Assembly: GCA_965153285.1 (NCBI GenBank)
Contig: OZ229111.1
From: Podarcis tiliguerta
Lineage: Eukaryota
Direction: 5' to 3' (one strand)
DNA length: 64,000 nt
Numbering within the stretch: the first letter of the stretch is position 1; every line of letters starts with the position of its first letter. Shown here one piece after another: positions 12,811 through 25,550 of this stretch. Below the pieces are notes generated by a model, which did no database searches, was not told the DNA's origin, and saw nothing but the letters and a program-made list of their open reading frames with translations. Made by a program: the position numbers and the translations under genes.

Positions 12811-14349
12811 TTTGTCACTGGGAACTTGCAACCAGAATCCTCTATAGAAACTAAAGACAGACAAAGTAAACCAGAAGTGAAACTTTTAAAGAAAGAGTGG
12901 AAATGGCTCTTGGTGTGACACAGGGATACTGTAGTTTCTTTTACAGCAGAAAGATTTCCTTAGTGTGGTAAACATTTGGAGACACAAATATAGCCACGTT
13001 TACATCCTTCCTTTTTTTACATACTTAAGAGAGGTGGGTTGAAAAACCCCCCAAAAACCTTTTCAAACCTTTACTTCCTGCTTCTGTGTGTGGTTAGAAA
13101 TGGTTTGTGGAAGCCTTTCAAGTTTCTGCATATATATTATTTTCTTAATACAAATCAGCAACTTAACTTAATGTTCTTTCAAACTCTCAGTTGCTAGTGA
13201 TCTGCATCTCAGACACTTTTTCTCGAATTGTTCCCCAAGCTTAATTCTTGATATATTAAAGACTGAAACCCCCTTCATTCCTGATCTTCTTGTACTGTTG
13301 TACTGTCGTGTGTGGTTCATTTTTATTGTCTGCTCTTTAAACTTTATTTCTGCAGTTACTGAGCATTTGGGGTGTTTTGTTTTTGTGTGTGTGGTGCTTA
13401 CCAAAAAGTCTTGTCATACAGTTTGTGTATGTGTGTTTTTCAAAGGTAGAGAGATGCCATTTTCTGCATGACTGTCAGGACTCATTAGACTCTGCTCATC
13501 TGCCTAATAGGCTTCTGAGAAGCAAGTTAGCACGTGGGTTGAATGTGGCAAAAAAATTAGCTTTGGTTTGTTTCCTAAATGTGAAGCATTTTGCTCTAAA
13601 TTTGAATAATTTTCTGTACATAGACCAGCTTACAGTAAGTAATTTAATCTCTAAAACTATTAGTAATGTAGAAGTCTTGTTTCTCCATAAAGTTCCCCAT
13701 ATAGCTAACTTTTATTTATATTAAATGGCAAATCACTCTGCTTATGTTTTAATAGTTTGATGTGGTGTTTTGAGTTGCAAGATGAATAGATGATTAAAAA
13801 GAACTGAAATTAAGCAAATAAAAGCAGTTTATATATTGGCTGTGCTAATTTAGACTACATAGTATGCTGTTTATGAACAGATGCACTCTGTTGGCTGCAG
13901 AGGAAAAATAAATTTGTACATCGTTTAGAAGAACTGGTGCAGTGCTGAGAGGAAAAACAGGCTGGTGGAGAAGAAAATTTTCATACAATAGTTCCATCTC
14001 CTCCAGTTTCTTGAGGACTACTGTAGACATTATGCCTACTGCATGTTTGAGGGTACCAGAGATAGCCTCTTTGTGACTGGAGCAACTCATTATGTGACTT
14101 TCCTTAATTGTGTGGAGTGTTTTACCACACCAGCAGCCCCTAGGAATAGACAGTGTTGGCGTGAGAGCTCTCCACACATTGGGGAGACTCATGGGATTAG
14201 CGGTTCCAAACATTACAGGTGCACAATGGGAACCGGCAATCTTGAACACCTGATTCAATCTTCCCGTGCTCTCTGTATGGGTAAGTTTTTATGTGTCTCT
14301 AGCTTGGCCCTTTGTCTTTTCAATGACAGGGAGACTTCTGACAGGATTA

Positions 14350-14510
14350 ACTTGTATTTGTTGTATTTGTGTCCTGCCTTTCTTCCAGCTAAGTCAAAGA
14401 AGCACTCTAGTTTGAAAACAACCTTGGGCGTGAGAGTAATTTTGCCAAAGCCACACACCCAGTGAGCTTCATAGAAGAGCAAGCAAAGATTTGAGTTTCT
14501 GACTTCCTTA
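14350..14510 (-). mobile_element. Old MIR-like SINE fragment
   Basis: ttgccaaagccacacacccagtgagcttcatag...gatttgag resembles the reverse complement of the 34690 copy. Confidence 0.5.
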
Positions 14511-16153
14511 CCCAGCCCTCATTATTTGCCCCAGCTCTCCCTCCCATGCAGCTACCCGCCCTGGGAACCTATGGTGGTAAGAAATCTTATAAATGAATGA
14601 ATCTGATGAAGCATGCCTCTAAAACTTGCTGGGCTGTTAAAATACAGGCACAGTCCTCAAGGCCAGTTCTCGGAAAGAGGCTTAGTAACATCAGTGGGAT
14701 TGCCAGGGAAAGTGCTCTGAATGCACAGGATGTGACATAAGCAATGCTGAAAAGCCTGTGTGGGTGCATTTAAACAGCTTGATCCCACTGATGTCAAAGG
14801 CATAAATACATTAGGTGTGTAAATAAAAGCCTTGTTGAAGATGATGGCAATGGCCTCCACTGCTGGTTGAAGATAGGGTGATTTGTAAGTGCTATACAGA
14901 ACAAGCTTTAAAATCAATGCCTTGGTTTGTCAGCATCACACTGAGAAACCAGAACCAGGGTTACTGACCTCAAGAAGGAACAACATCTCCTATTGATCAT
15001 TCATGACATTTTATCCAGCCCTTTAAGGTAAACTGCTAGGACTCTTACGTTACACCCCCTCTCTGCACTGACTGTCTCTCTCCCTTGAGACAGGAAGATT
15101 GAACCTGAGACCTTCTGCTCTACCACTGAGCCATGACCTTTCCCCATAGTCTACACTGGCATTTTAAAATGAGTGGGACAATTAAAATAAATATCCACCA
15201 CTGTGTCCTGGTAGCAGCATAGCAATACCATACTCGGTAGGTAATACATTGGAAAATTCCACTCCCAGGGAAGGAATTAAACAAACCTTTTAGTGTTCAA
15301 GGTGTACAGCTTGGCTAGCAGAGTATATTTTCTAAGAGAAGAAAATATATAGCAATCTGCATAATACGTACAGGTCTCGGAGGTTTGCAGCAGTAGAAGC
15401 AGAGATCGGGGTTTCTGTACCTAAAAGTTAGACACAAACAATCACATTCCCAAGCTCCTCTAAATGGTTACCTCTGGTTCTGTTGCGCTGTGACTCTTCC
15501 CTTACTGAGATCAGCAGAGGCACTTCATTTTCCTTTAGAGGCCCTGATGCATTTTGTCTGAACAGTATAAATGTTTGTCAGTAGTTCATGGTTTGTTTTA
15601 TTAATTCTAAGAGGAACAGCTGAACTCTCACGTCCCAGAGGTTCAACAGCTGTGTGTTATTGCCTAATAACCTTCATCTCAAAATTGGCAGTTTTCTCGA
15701 GAAACGCCTTTCCTTTGGGCACTTATCTTTAGACTCATTAATGCATGAATATGTTGCAGAAGCAGTCTTATTGTATTAAGTGTACTAAAGCTGACTAAAA
15801 TCTAAAACAACCACCCCATGTGTGGTGCTCTGTCTTTTGACTGTTAGCCTTGCACTTGCCTGTTCATGAATGTGGAGCTAGAACAAAACATGGCATGGTT
15901 CTACTTAGCTATGCAGACCAGCTGTAGAAACATGAACAATCCCCTCTAAAGTTAATCAGACTTCCAGGATGCCACAGTCTGACGCAAGCAAAAGTAATGG
16001 GGTTGCCATACCTAAATGACACTATATGAGGTTGGGCCAAATTGACCCAAAGGTCTTTACATCTGTTGGCTTTTTCTCCCATTGTGGCGTCAGCAGTTTG
16101 GTCATGTTCACTTGGAAATAAGTCCTGTTAACTCATTGGGACTAAGAAACAGA

Positions 16154-16431
16154 GGTTTACATCCTGAGTTGCTCTGATGGAAGAGGGTTGGCAGAAGATG
16201 ACTTAACCATCCCTCCTATCTTCTGCAGGACCCTGCAAAACTGCTCATAGAAGGTTCCTCCACCTGATTTTTAATTGTCTCCCCCTTTCCATTACCACCT
16301 CACATGCCACGGACCACTCCATTCAGGAGGACCCTTAAATCTTCAAAAGAGGCTTTTCAGTGGGAGGAATTGATGGAAACTCCCCATCTTATGCCAACCT
16401 CCTTCTGGCTGTGCTTCTCAGGATCCAATCC
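16154..16431. mobile_element. MITE with ~47-bp imperfect TIRs
   Basis: Left end ggtttacatcctgagttgctctgatggaagagggttggcagaagatg versus reverse complement of right end ggattggatcctgagaagcacagccagaaggaggttggcataagatg. Confidence 0.7.
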
Positions 16432-17432
16432 AGGCTATAAATCAGTAGGTATTGGCAATATTTAATAGGAACATGACAGGAAAATGTTTGCACCCAGCCA
16501 AGAAATGAAAATTAGAACTCATTGAGCATCATTTAAATTGCTTAGATTTTTAAACTTCATTTGTCATTAAAAATAACATTTGAGTGGAAGTCATATAATG
16601 TTTCCCAGAAAGATTATTAATCAGTAAAGAGGAAATATGGCAGCATGCTAATTTCACACGAGAACTTCATAGTTGAACTGAGATTTTAACCACGGGCTTC
16701 AGGTTTAGAGCATATGAATCTTCAACCTCTATAATATTTCATATGTAGCAGAAATATGTCAAAGATTTTACCGTTCCGTTGGGGATACTGAAATGATAGA
16801 CAAGGGTTTTTTGTTTTTGTTTTTAAGAAGCAAGACATTGTGACACAGAAGCGGATCAGTGGTAACTAGCAGAGCCAAAGATGGGGTGTAGAGCTGTGTT
16901 CACATTTCTTGCCCACTGACCACCGAAAGCTGAATCTGAATGAGATAAGTTAAGTCTGATCCTTGCCCTTTCAATGGGGCTTCTCCAGGTGACATTTGTG
17001 ACACAATGGGGGTGTATTTCCACAACCTCTAAACGTCCTTCGGGGGGGGGGGGGGGAGTTGGAATAGGCACCGCTTGCATCCACCCACAGAACTCTAGCC
17101 TGCCCTCTTCCCCCTGCTGCTCCTTTCAATTAAGCTTTAATGAGGCCAGGGTTCTAGTGTAAGACGAGCCACCTTTTTTCCCTTTGGCAAAGTAGGCATT
17201 CCTAATAGGAGTTTTGTAAGAGAGCCATTTCAGCGAATTGCTTTCTTTAGCAAAGGCGCAACTTGTGCTTGAAACTTCAGCAGCTTTTGTATTTTTTTGT
17301 TTGCTTGCTTTTTCTGGTGACAAAGGATGATTGTTTTTACGTCAAAAGGACGGCTGTCTGTCCCTGCACTCTGGAATAACGTTAGTTAATTTTGAGTTCG
17401 ATTAAAGTGAAGTATTTCCCCCCACCGTCTCC

Positions 17433-17850
17433 TATAAGAACACAAAAAACCCCCTGCTGGATTTGAGGCCTAACTAATTTGGCATTCTGTTCCCACAGTA
17501 GCCAGTCAGATGCCTCTGGGAAGCCCAAAATGGGACTTGAGCACAGTAGCCCTGTCCTGCTGTTTGCCCCCCAGCTGCTGGTATTCAGCTTCTTCTCTTC
17601 TTCTTTGGTGACCACTTGTAGCAGAGTAAGATTGTCTTCCATGAACATGGTCTTAACAGTGAGTCTGTAAGTGACTGTGGAGGCCAATTCTGGATCCACA
17701 TGTCCTTCCACAGTGTGGACATAGGTTTCTGGGTGGGAGTTGATCATGGTGAGGGTTTGCCAAACGTGCCTTTCTCTTAGCACGCATACTGTGGTGTAGT
17801 GATCATGATCAGTAGCCACTGATAGCTTTATCCTCCAGAAATCTTTTTCC
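17433..17850 (-). mobile_element. CR1 LINE 3' end fragment
   Basis: ataagaacac...ctgctggat...gcattctgttcccacagtagccagtcagatgcctctgggaagccc matches the recalled squamate CR1 3' terminus in reverse. Confidence 0.65.
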
Positions 17851-18427
17851 ATTTTGTACAAATAGAGGTCTGAAAAGGAGTTACTTTTGCATCATGCCCT
17901 GAAGACTGAAAAGCTGAGCTTATTTAGATGCAAGATAAAGGATTCTAAAACTGCAATCCTTTTGCACCCTTACGTGAAAGAAAGCTCCATTTAACACAGT
18001 GGGACTTACATCCAAACAAATACATATAGGATTTTGCTGCAAAAGAACTATTGCACCCAGCAAGTCTATTTATAGTGGGAGGAATTCCACTTTGCATTAT
18101 GCCAAACATTCCAACAACACAAATATTTCAGCTTGCTGAATGGAATGACCCCCCCCCCTCCTGTGTGTTGTTCTGCAGGGGGCTATCCTGACCCACCCCC
18201 AGCTAATTTTGGGGGGTGCAGGGGAGGAGAGAAGGGAAATCCCTTTTGTGCAGGGCTTAAGAATTAAGAAGAATTGCTTAAGTTTATTCCACATTTTGAA
18301 CTATTCCCATGTATGCTACTAGCAAATTCAAGAGCAATAAGTTCAACAGGAGAAGCTGTATCACTCTGTTGCAACAAATCTCAAAGAGTCTCAGTATAGT
18401 AAGAGAAATTATGGGTGAATTTGACTT

Positions 18428-18912
18428 ATAAGCTTTTGTGAACTAGAGCCCACTTGTATTTATTTGCCTTTGAAGTGTCACAAGACTTTGTTGTTGGGGA
18501 GGAGGAGCTGTAGTTTTTGTGTGTTTTTCTCCATATACTTGGCAGAGCTGCGGCTGCACACATTTAATCCTTGTCCTAGATCCAGCTTTCCAAATTGCAT
18601 TTCAGTGGTTCTGGTTTGTATGGCTACAAAGACACCACTATTCCATTCTTGAATAATGTATGCACATTATAATTTGCCATATGGTGAGATGCAAGACAGC
18701 CTGGAGAAGGAGCACTTTTGGTCCATTTGACAGGGCAAGGAGAGCTGTGTTACAAGTCTGTTGCAGCAAAATTCTTGTGGTACTAACAAAGCTTATTATG
18801 GCATAAGCTTTCATCCGAAGCATCTGGTGAAGTGGGCTCTAGTCCATGAAAGCTTATGGCACAATACAATTTGTTAGCCTTCAAGGTGCAACAAGACTTT
18901 ATGTTCTTGTTC
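18428..18912. mobile_element. Penelope-like element terminal-repeat remnants (inverted and direct pieces)
   Basis: 18783-18814 is the reverse complement of 18846-18877; 18428-18455 is an inverted copy of 18830-18857; 18470-18497 is a direct copy of 18880-18910; hammerhead-like core at 18824-18851. Confidence 0.65.
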
Positions 18913-19851
18913 TCAATGCATCCTCTTTTGCTGTTTCTTGCAGCATGTGTAACCATATGGTACTATTTCTTAATTCTTCACGTGGGTGCCATAAATGGAC
19001 ATAGTGATTTGGCCTAAATAACAATACTTATTTCTTCTTCTTAGCTTTTGCAGAGAGGCCCAGCTGAATTGTGTATTGAATTGCATTTAAACTCCATTTT
19101 ATCTCTGCCTGAAATCCTATGACCCATGGACGTTTTCTAGGGAAAGAATCCTCTTCTGAACTATAGATATGACAAATATGATATGTTGTTGAGATATTAA
19201 TCTTTTGCTGTATTTTATTGTTTGAATTTTGGGATTGCCTTTGTATGTTCTTGTGAGAGCCTTATGGGACAAAAGGTGGCACAGAAATAAACTAACATAA
19301 CAAGTAGGAAAGCTATGTATCTCCCCGCCCCCTTGCTAAATTAACTATAAACAGTCACTGTTCTACTCTCTCCCCCCCTTCTCTTCTGCTCTCGATTTCA
19401 TGGATTTCATCTTTGAGAACTGCAGTTGAATTATATACAGTCCTGATAGCTGTTAAAAAGAAAATAATTGAAGAGCAGGCCACTCATTATTTACCTTTCT
19501 CACTCAATGCATTCCTTCCAAAGCATTTTTCTCCTTTATGCCAGAGCCTTGTTTAAACTGCGTGTAAATAAAAAGTGAAGCACCAGATTGCAATCCAGCA
19601 GCATACTGGGGGCAGGGATGTTGAAAGCAGCTGCTTTCTAGAAGCCACAGTTTCTTGCTCGCTCTGAGATTTGTGGCTGTCTCGGAAAAGACCAGAAGCC
19701 CTGAATGCATGTCCCTTGTTAAGTCTGCTGCTAACTGGGTTGCCATCTTGCTTACGTGAATTGAAACATCCCTGTGATTTCTCATTCCCCACCCCAATTT
19801 TTCTGTAGCACAATGGTGGTTAATAAACACTATTTCGTAGTACAATCCTAT

Positions 19852-20068
19852 CAGGACTGGCAAAGTGAGGCCTTGGGCAGCGGATGTTGGGGCCATTCTC
19901 CTGGCACAGCCCATCCTACCACAAATTAGCCCCCAACCCAAGTGTTGTGGAGGTTGCTATCCCTTTACTAGGGTGATTCAGCTGTCAGTCCGGTTGTCTT
20001 CCGTATGTAGAAGGGGGAAGGAGTTTCATCTTGCCCTTGACCTCAAGCAGCAAAATGCCTTAGGCCTG
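19852..20068. mobile_element. Old hAT-like element
   Basis: Ends caggactggc / gcagcaaaatgccttaggcctg; degenerate TSD aatcctat / aactccat. Confidence 0.5.
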
Positions 20069-23000
20069 AACTCCATGCATTCTTACTCTGAAGTAATTCT
20101 CGCTATGTTCAGAGGTAAAAGTCCATAGGATTTGCAGCCTTAACATCTCATTTACTTTGTGGTCTTTGACTTTGTCCTTGCAGAATTTTCATGAAGTAGC
20201 TATTGCCCACCAAGGAGGAACTGACCTATTGACCTGGCTTTCACAACACTGTGGGCTCCTGGAAAGGAATGTGCAGCTTCTTTTACTCCTCTTTTTTAAA
20301 AAAACAACAACTGTGCTGTGTTAAACAAAGGTTTCGCTTACTGTGTTGCCTATGAGGCCCGAGCTTGCGATCAAGCTCTCTTCTTGCGAATCATGACCTT
20401 AAGCATGAGTTCCAGTTCAGATGACATGCTAAGCAAAATCATGACTTAGTTCAGCACAGTTCATCAGAAAGAAAAACAGACTGGGGAGAAGCAAAAGTGG
20501 CCGTGAGCAAACTTCAGGAGCTCCTACAGTCAACGCTGGTTTCCTCAGCCAAAATTCAGCACGTGTTATGGGAGCCAGGTCTTCAAAAAGGAGGCACGTT
20601 AACTCAAAAACCCCTGAAAGCCTTATGGCCATGGCAGCTTCTTCCCAGTATACTTTGAGAAATGTACCCTTGTTAGAGTGCTTGGAGTGGTCTGTTAGTA
20701 TTAGGAAGACGGCAAGCAGGAAGCTAATAAATTCCCTGCAGGAATTTGTTGCATTTACACAACATTGTCATTGTTAATCGCAGTACGCGAAGCACTTTGT
20801 ATAAATGGTAAATATTAACCCATTTAACTGGTTGGAGACTAAGGGTGAGAAACAGTGACATGGAGAATCCATAACCGCAGTAGAATTTAAACCCATCTCT
20901 TTCAGTTATTCTACATGGTGTTCAATGGCCATTTTGAATGTCAGACAAAACTGCCACCCATGCTGAGCTGCAGTTGCTTTGTTTTAAAGCCTTTCATTTT
21001 CCTCTTTTTTTTTTTTGTAATTATTTAGCAATTAGTCTTCTGGTGTAACACGGTGACCCTTTGTGCCTATAGGGGATGGGATGGATTTCCTGCCTCCCAC
21101 AGACAACGATTCCACTCCTCACCTTGTTCCTGCTTATGTAGAAAACAACCAGCATGTGAATAGTGTTCAAGTTAGCACACCCTTTCCATGACCCCAATAC
21201 ATCTGGGTGATGGGACAGAGTGAAACATGTTGTTACCCAATATTTTTTATGAGTTCAGTGTGGGGGCAGGGGAGAAAAGATAATTGCATCTAATTTAAAA
21301 CCAGATATTCCGTAGATGCTCCTGCAAGCTTAGTGACATAAAACGTTACTGCTAATTATTACACTATACTGTTGTTTTGGTATTTGCACATGCAAAAGCA
21401 GAAGTCTATCTGCTCATCTACCTTATAATGTTGTAGTGTTACTATGGCCTTCTGAAAAATATATTTAATATTCTGGGAAATGGAGGCTAGATGGAATTAT
21501 ATTTCTGTATAATTTTAGTTAGCTTTTATAATAGAAATGTAATGCAGAACTTGGGTATGATGCTAGCTGGTAAGAGAGAACTGGGGAGGAATCCTATAGT
21601 TTTAGTCATTCTGCAAGAAAGGAAAAATTGATAAAATAGGTTTATGTAAGGCAACAGGATTGTAGTATCAGCAATTTGAGCTGAGGTCTGTCTTTTATTA
21701 TGTGTTGTGCAATACGTTGACACATAATTTTTAGATGCTAATACAACTTTCATATTTAGCACTTAATATAATATCTTTGGACATACTTCTGTTATGGAAT
21801 TCTGAAAACTGATACTAGAGCCAGTTTTTAGAAGATTGACAGTTTTTGGAATACTATTTTTTCCTTGATCTTTTGAGTTCAGACTATGGCAGGCTCTTGG
21901 GAAAGGCACAACATAACAGTGGCTAATGAACTGGGCGTCTGTTGTTTTGGAACACTTCTCATATGGAAAACTAGCAACCCACTCCTGTGTGTGCTTACTC
22001 AGAAGTCCCACCACGCTCAGTGGGGCTCACTCCCAAATAAACCTTCATAGGCTTGCAGGCTAAATGTCAAAGGGATAGTATAGTGTCCAAGCCTTTAAAA
22101 CCCCACCTTGGAATAAAATCAGATTAAAATTGGGGGTGGTCAGGAAAATTGTGTGTTTCAAATTTATTCACTGTGGGTCACACCAGCCTCCATTGGTTGA
22201 TTCTAGTGGTCCACAGTGCTGCAACTTGTTTGCAGAGCATATTAATGAGTATAGTCTAGAAACTGACAGGCAGATTTAAATGTAGTGAGATTAATTGCCT
22301 GGCTTGGTGACAGCACATTTTTCTTTGGCGATGGCTTGAAGGTGTGACCCAGTGCTACCGCCTTTATTTTCATACTTCTGATTCCTTGCACATGGGCGAT
22401 ATTTCAAAAAGCTTTACTGTTGAAGTAAATATAAGGGGAAAGGAACTTGGGTGTCAAATGACTATGATCAATTGCAGCAATCTGAACAGTTTCCAAGGCT
22501 TCCATCTATCTATCAGGCAGTAGCTTTTATACTATTTTGGGGGGAAGAGGGAATTGTAGCAGACTAAACGTGACTTAGACAGTACGCCTTCTCCGTCCAT
22601 CTTTTAACTCTCACCTACCAGATTCTAAAAACATGGTATTAAAGATGGAGGCCTCTTGACCCAAACTGAAGGCCACTTGATGCTGTCTTTTTCAAAAACA
22701 AAGCAAAACACCTGACCTTAAAAAGATTCATTAAAAAAAACCAACCCAGAACCTAAACATAACCAATGGTATGTGATGCTCCCAAATTGTTTGGATGTTA
22801 CACAAAATGGCGGTTGAGGGTGCACTGCCCCTTCTTCCATCCATCCTATGTTGTTCCCAAAGCCATTTTAAGATTCTCTGGCGAGCTACTGCAAGCCATA
22901 GGAGACTGAGATGGAAATTGGCCTGACTCATTGCAAAAGACCTTCTTATAGCTGTACAGGAAATACTTGTCAGCGGTTCTGGTTTAAATGCTGTTTAACT

Positions 23001-23545
23001 TGCAGATGAGAGAAGCAAAACCTTCAGTTAAATTAAAGAGCTACCTCCCAAGAGAACTTGAATCGTAGTACATATTGCTGAGGGAAAATGAAGCACAGGC
23101 TAGAAAGCTGTATACTATAAACTCTCCTGTTAACTGTATCGCTGATAGTTATAATGTACCATTACAATATTATTTTGTGACTGACTAGCTTTGGTGGCCA
23201 GTGAAAGTACGTAATCTAAAACCAAATATCAGTCGATAGTCGCATAAAAGTGGAATGTCATAATCACTATTGCTAGCTACACTTTACTTGTTAGATTGGG
23301 GTAGCTTGTGCAGTGGAAGTGAGAGAGCTGGGAAGAGAAGTGGGGAAACAATAGGAACCAACAAATGCTGAAGGACAAGCAGTTTTTTATTCAAATTATT
23401 TATAGAAAAATATTACTTGCTTAAGTGAGTGGCAGATGAACCAGCCTCTGTGCTTTGTGTTTCTAATATTCTGTTCATCAGAAGTTAGAGCTATTCTCTA
23501 CTGCAGTGTCAATTTTGTTTGATAGACTCCAAAAGCTTTGTAGAG

Positions 23546-23794
23546 CAGGGGGTGACAACTTTTTTGAATTCGTGCACACACCTGATAATTTGTGGGGGAA
23601 AGCAGCACAAAACCTCTTGTAGGCACCACCACAAAATGGCTGCTATGAGATCATGGTTAATAATGAAGGACAAGTAACTTGCCCAGGTAACTGAGTACAA
23701 GGCAGAGCTGGCGACCGAGCCCCTGAATTCATTATTTTGATAAGTCTGGTGCAGAAAGGAACCCCCTGGTGCTCATGAACGTTGGTGACCCATG
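23546..23794. mobile_element. Old hAT-Charlie-type element
   Basis: Ends cagggggtgacaac / gttggtgacccatg; degenerate TSD ttgtagag / tcttagag. Confidence 0.6.
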
Positions 23795-25494
23795 TCTTAG
23801 AGCTGCATCTCACCCACATTCTTTTTCTCTGATATGGGCAATGGGCGGGGAGGAATTGTTACTGTCCCTTATCAAGAATTATGTCACAGACTGATGGAAC
23901 TTGTAGTCTAAAACATCTAGAGGGCCCCAGGTTGGGAGAGGCTGGTTTAAGGTTTAAATTAATTATAATTCATGGTTAAAAACAGAAATTATTCTATTTA
24001 AATTTAAAACAGAAACTATGAAATCTCATTGCAGCTGCACCAGAGGAGCAGGAGGAAAGGAGAAATATACAAGGTCTTGCTTTTGTTTTTTCATGTAGCA
24101 GTAAACTGTGGTATAGCATTATGCCTGAAACAGCCCTATGTAAGCCCTTGAGAATGGACACTGCCAAGACTGTATCTTAGACATCTGAAAATACTCATTT
24201 TATTATAAATAATCTGCATTACTCAAGGTGGGTGGGGAGCAGAAATGATTATCATGGAACATTTTATCTCTACCATTGCCTTCAATTTAGTGAGGATTTT
24301 TATCACTCATTGTTGAAAGAAGGCTTCCCTCATTATGAATTTTTGTTAGCAAACATGAGGGGCTTTTGAGACTAGCTCAATGAATCGGCTTTTCATTCTT
24401 TTTTGTGGTTTGTCTTGTGACACTATCATGGCTAAAGGATGCTCAGTTAACCAGGATGACATGGCCTTGCGGTTATTTTCCCTTTCAAGGTAACAGTCCT
24501 ATTGTGTGCAGCTTTTTAATGATGTGGCTGAACTCTGGCTTTGTAGAAGCGCTTGCATTTCAGAGAATGTAGTCATTTTATTTTTAGAGAAACTGCCCTG
24601 CTCAAAGATCCATTGCGCTAAGGATATGTCATGGGATAGATGATTAAGTTGCTTTTCAGGGTGGGGGTGGGGATCAAGTCACAAGCTAAAGTCATGAAAT
24701 TTTCTCTGGAAACAACACAGTTTACTGTTTCAGCTATTCTAAAGTAGCTGTGAGATGAATTTACAAGAAGGAAATGGGCTTCTTTGTCTTTCCATGCCAG
24801 ATTGATAATGATTTAGTAACAATATTAGTCCTAATTACATGTTTTTCAAGTGACAATAACGAGTTGTTGTAGGATGGGAATAGCAGAAAGATTATGTGTA
24901 ATAGGAATTTTGGTGCAGTTTCTGTGAACTTTATGCTGTTTGTAAAGTTTCATTTCCTTACCCCCCCCCCCTCACTTCGTTCCTTGGCCTAGATTCTATG
25001 GAATTCACTTTCTCTGGGAATGTAGCTCATACTCATTTGGTAATGAAACTCTGCTTTTTCTTCTAGGGATCCTTCTTTCCAGACAGCTGGCTATGAGAAA
25101 AATATAGTGGCTTGTCAGATTAAAGACACCCCTTGCCCCCTCAAAGCAACTAAACCATACATTTCACATATTGCAATACTGTATAGATCAGGGTTCAAAA
25201 TGCAAAAACAAAACTGTTCCCTGTTTGCTATATTGGACAGTTGAAGTCTTTCTATTTTAGAAGCAGCAGCAGCACACACAGAGGAAATGCTTGCATTTGA
25301 ATCTGTGGCTGTTCTAACACTGCCTAGTCTATTTCCTATTCAGAAGTCCTTTTGAAGTGTTTTAGAGCTTTTTGGATAGGGAGGAGGTCAGTCAAAAATT
25401 CAGCCACCACCCAGCTCTCACAATGGATTCACATCATTTGAACAATAGGATCTCAAAATAAAATGGTTACTTATAGGATGCATTCATTGAAAGG

Positions 25495-25497
<3 letters not shown>

Positions 25498-25548
<51 letters not shown>
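25498..25548. repeat. (CT)n microsatellite
   Basis: About 25 perfect CT units followed by a C-rich run. Confidence 0.98.

Positions 25549-25550
<2 letters not shown>

Noticed and set aside
16470-24640. Several repeat-free, enhancer-looking stretches (e.g. 16470-16720, 17160-17410, 20150-20830, 22200-22420, 24330-24640)
   Set aside because: Conservation cannot be judged from one sequence, and short transcription-factor motifs there are not above chance.
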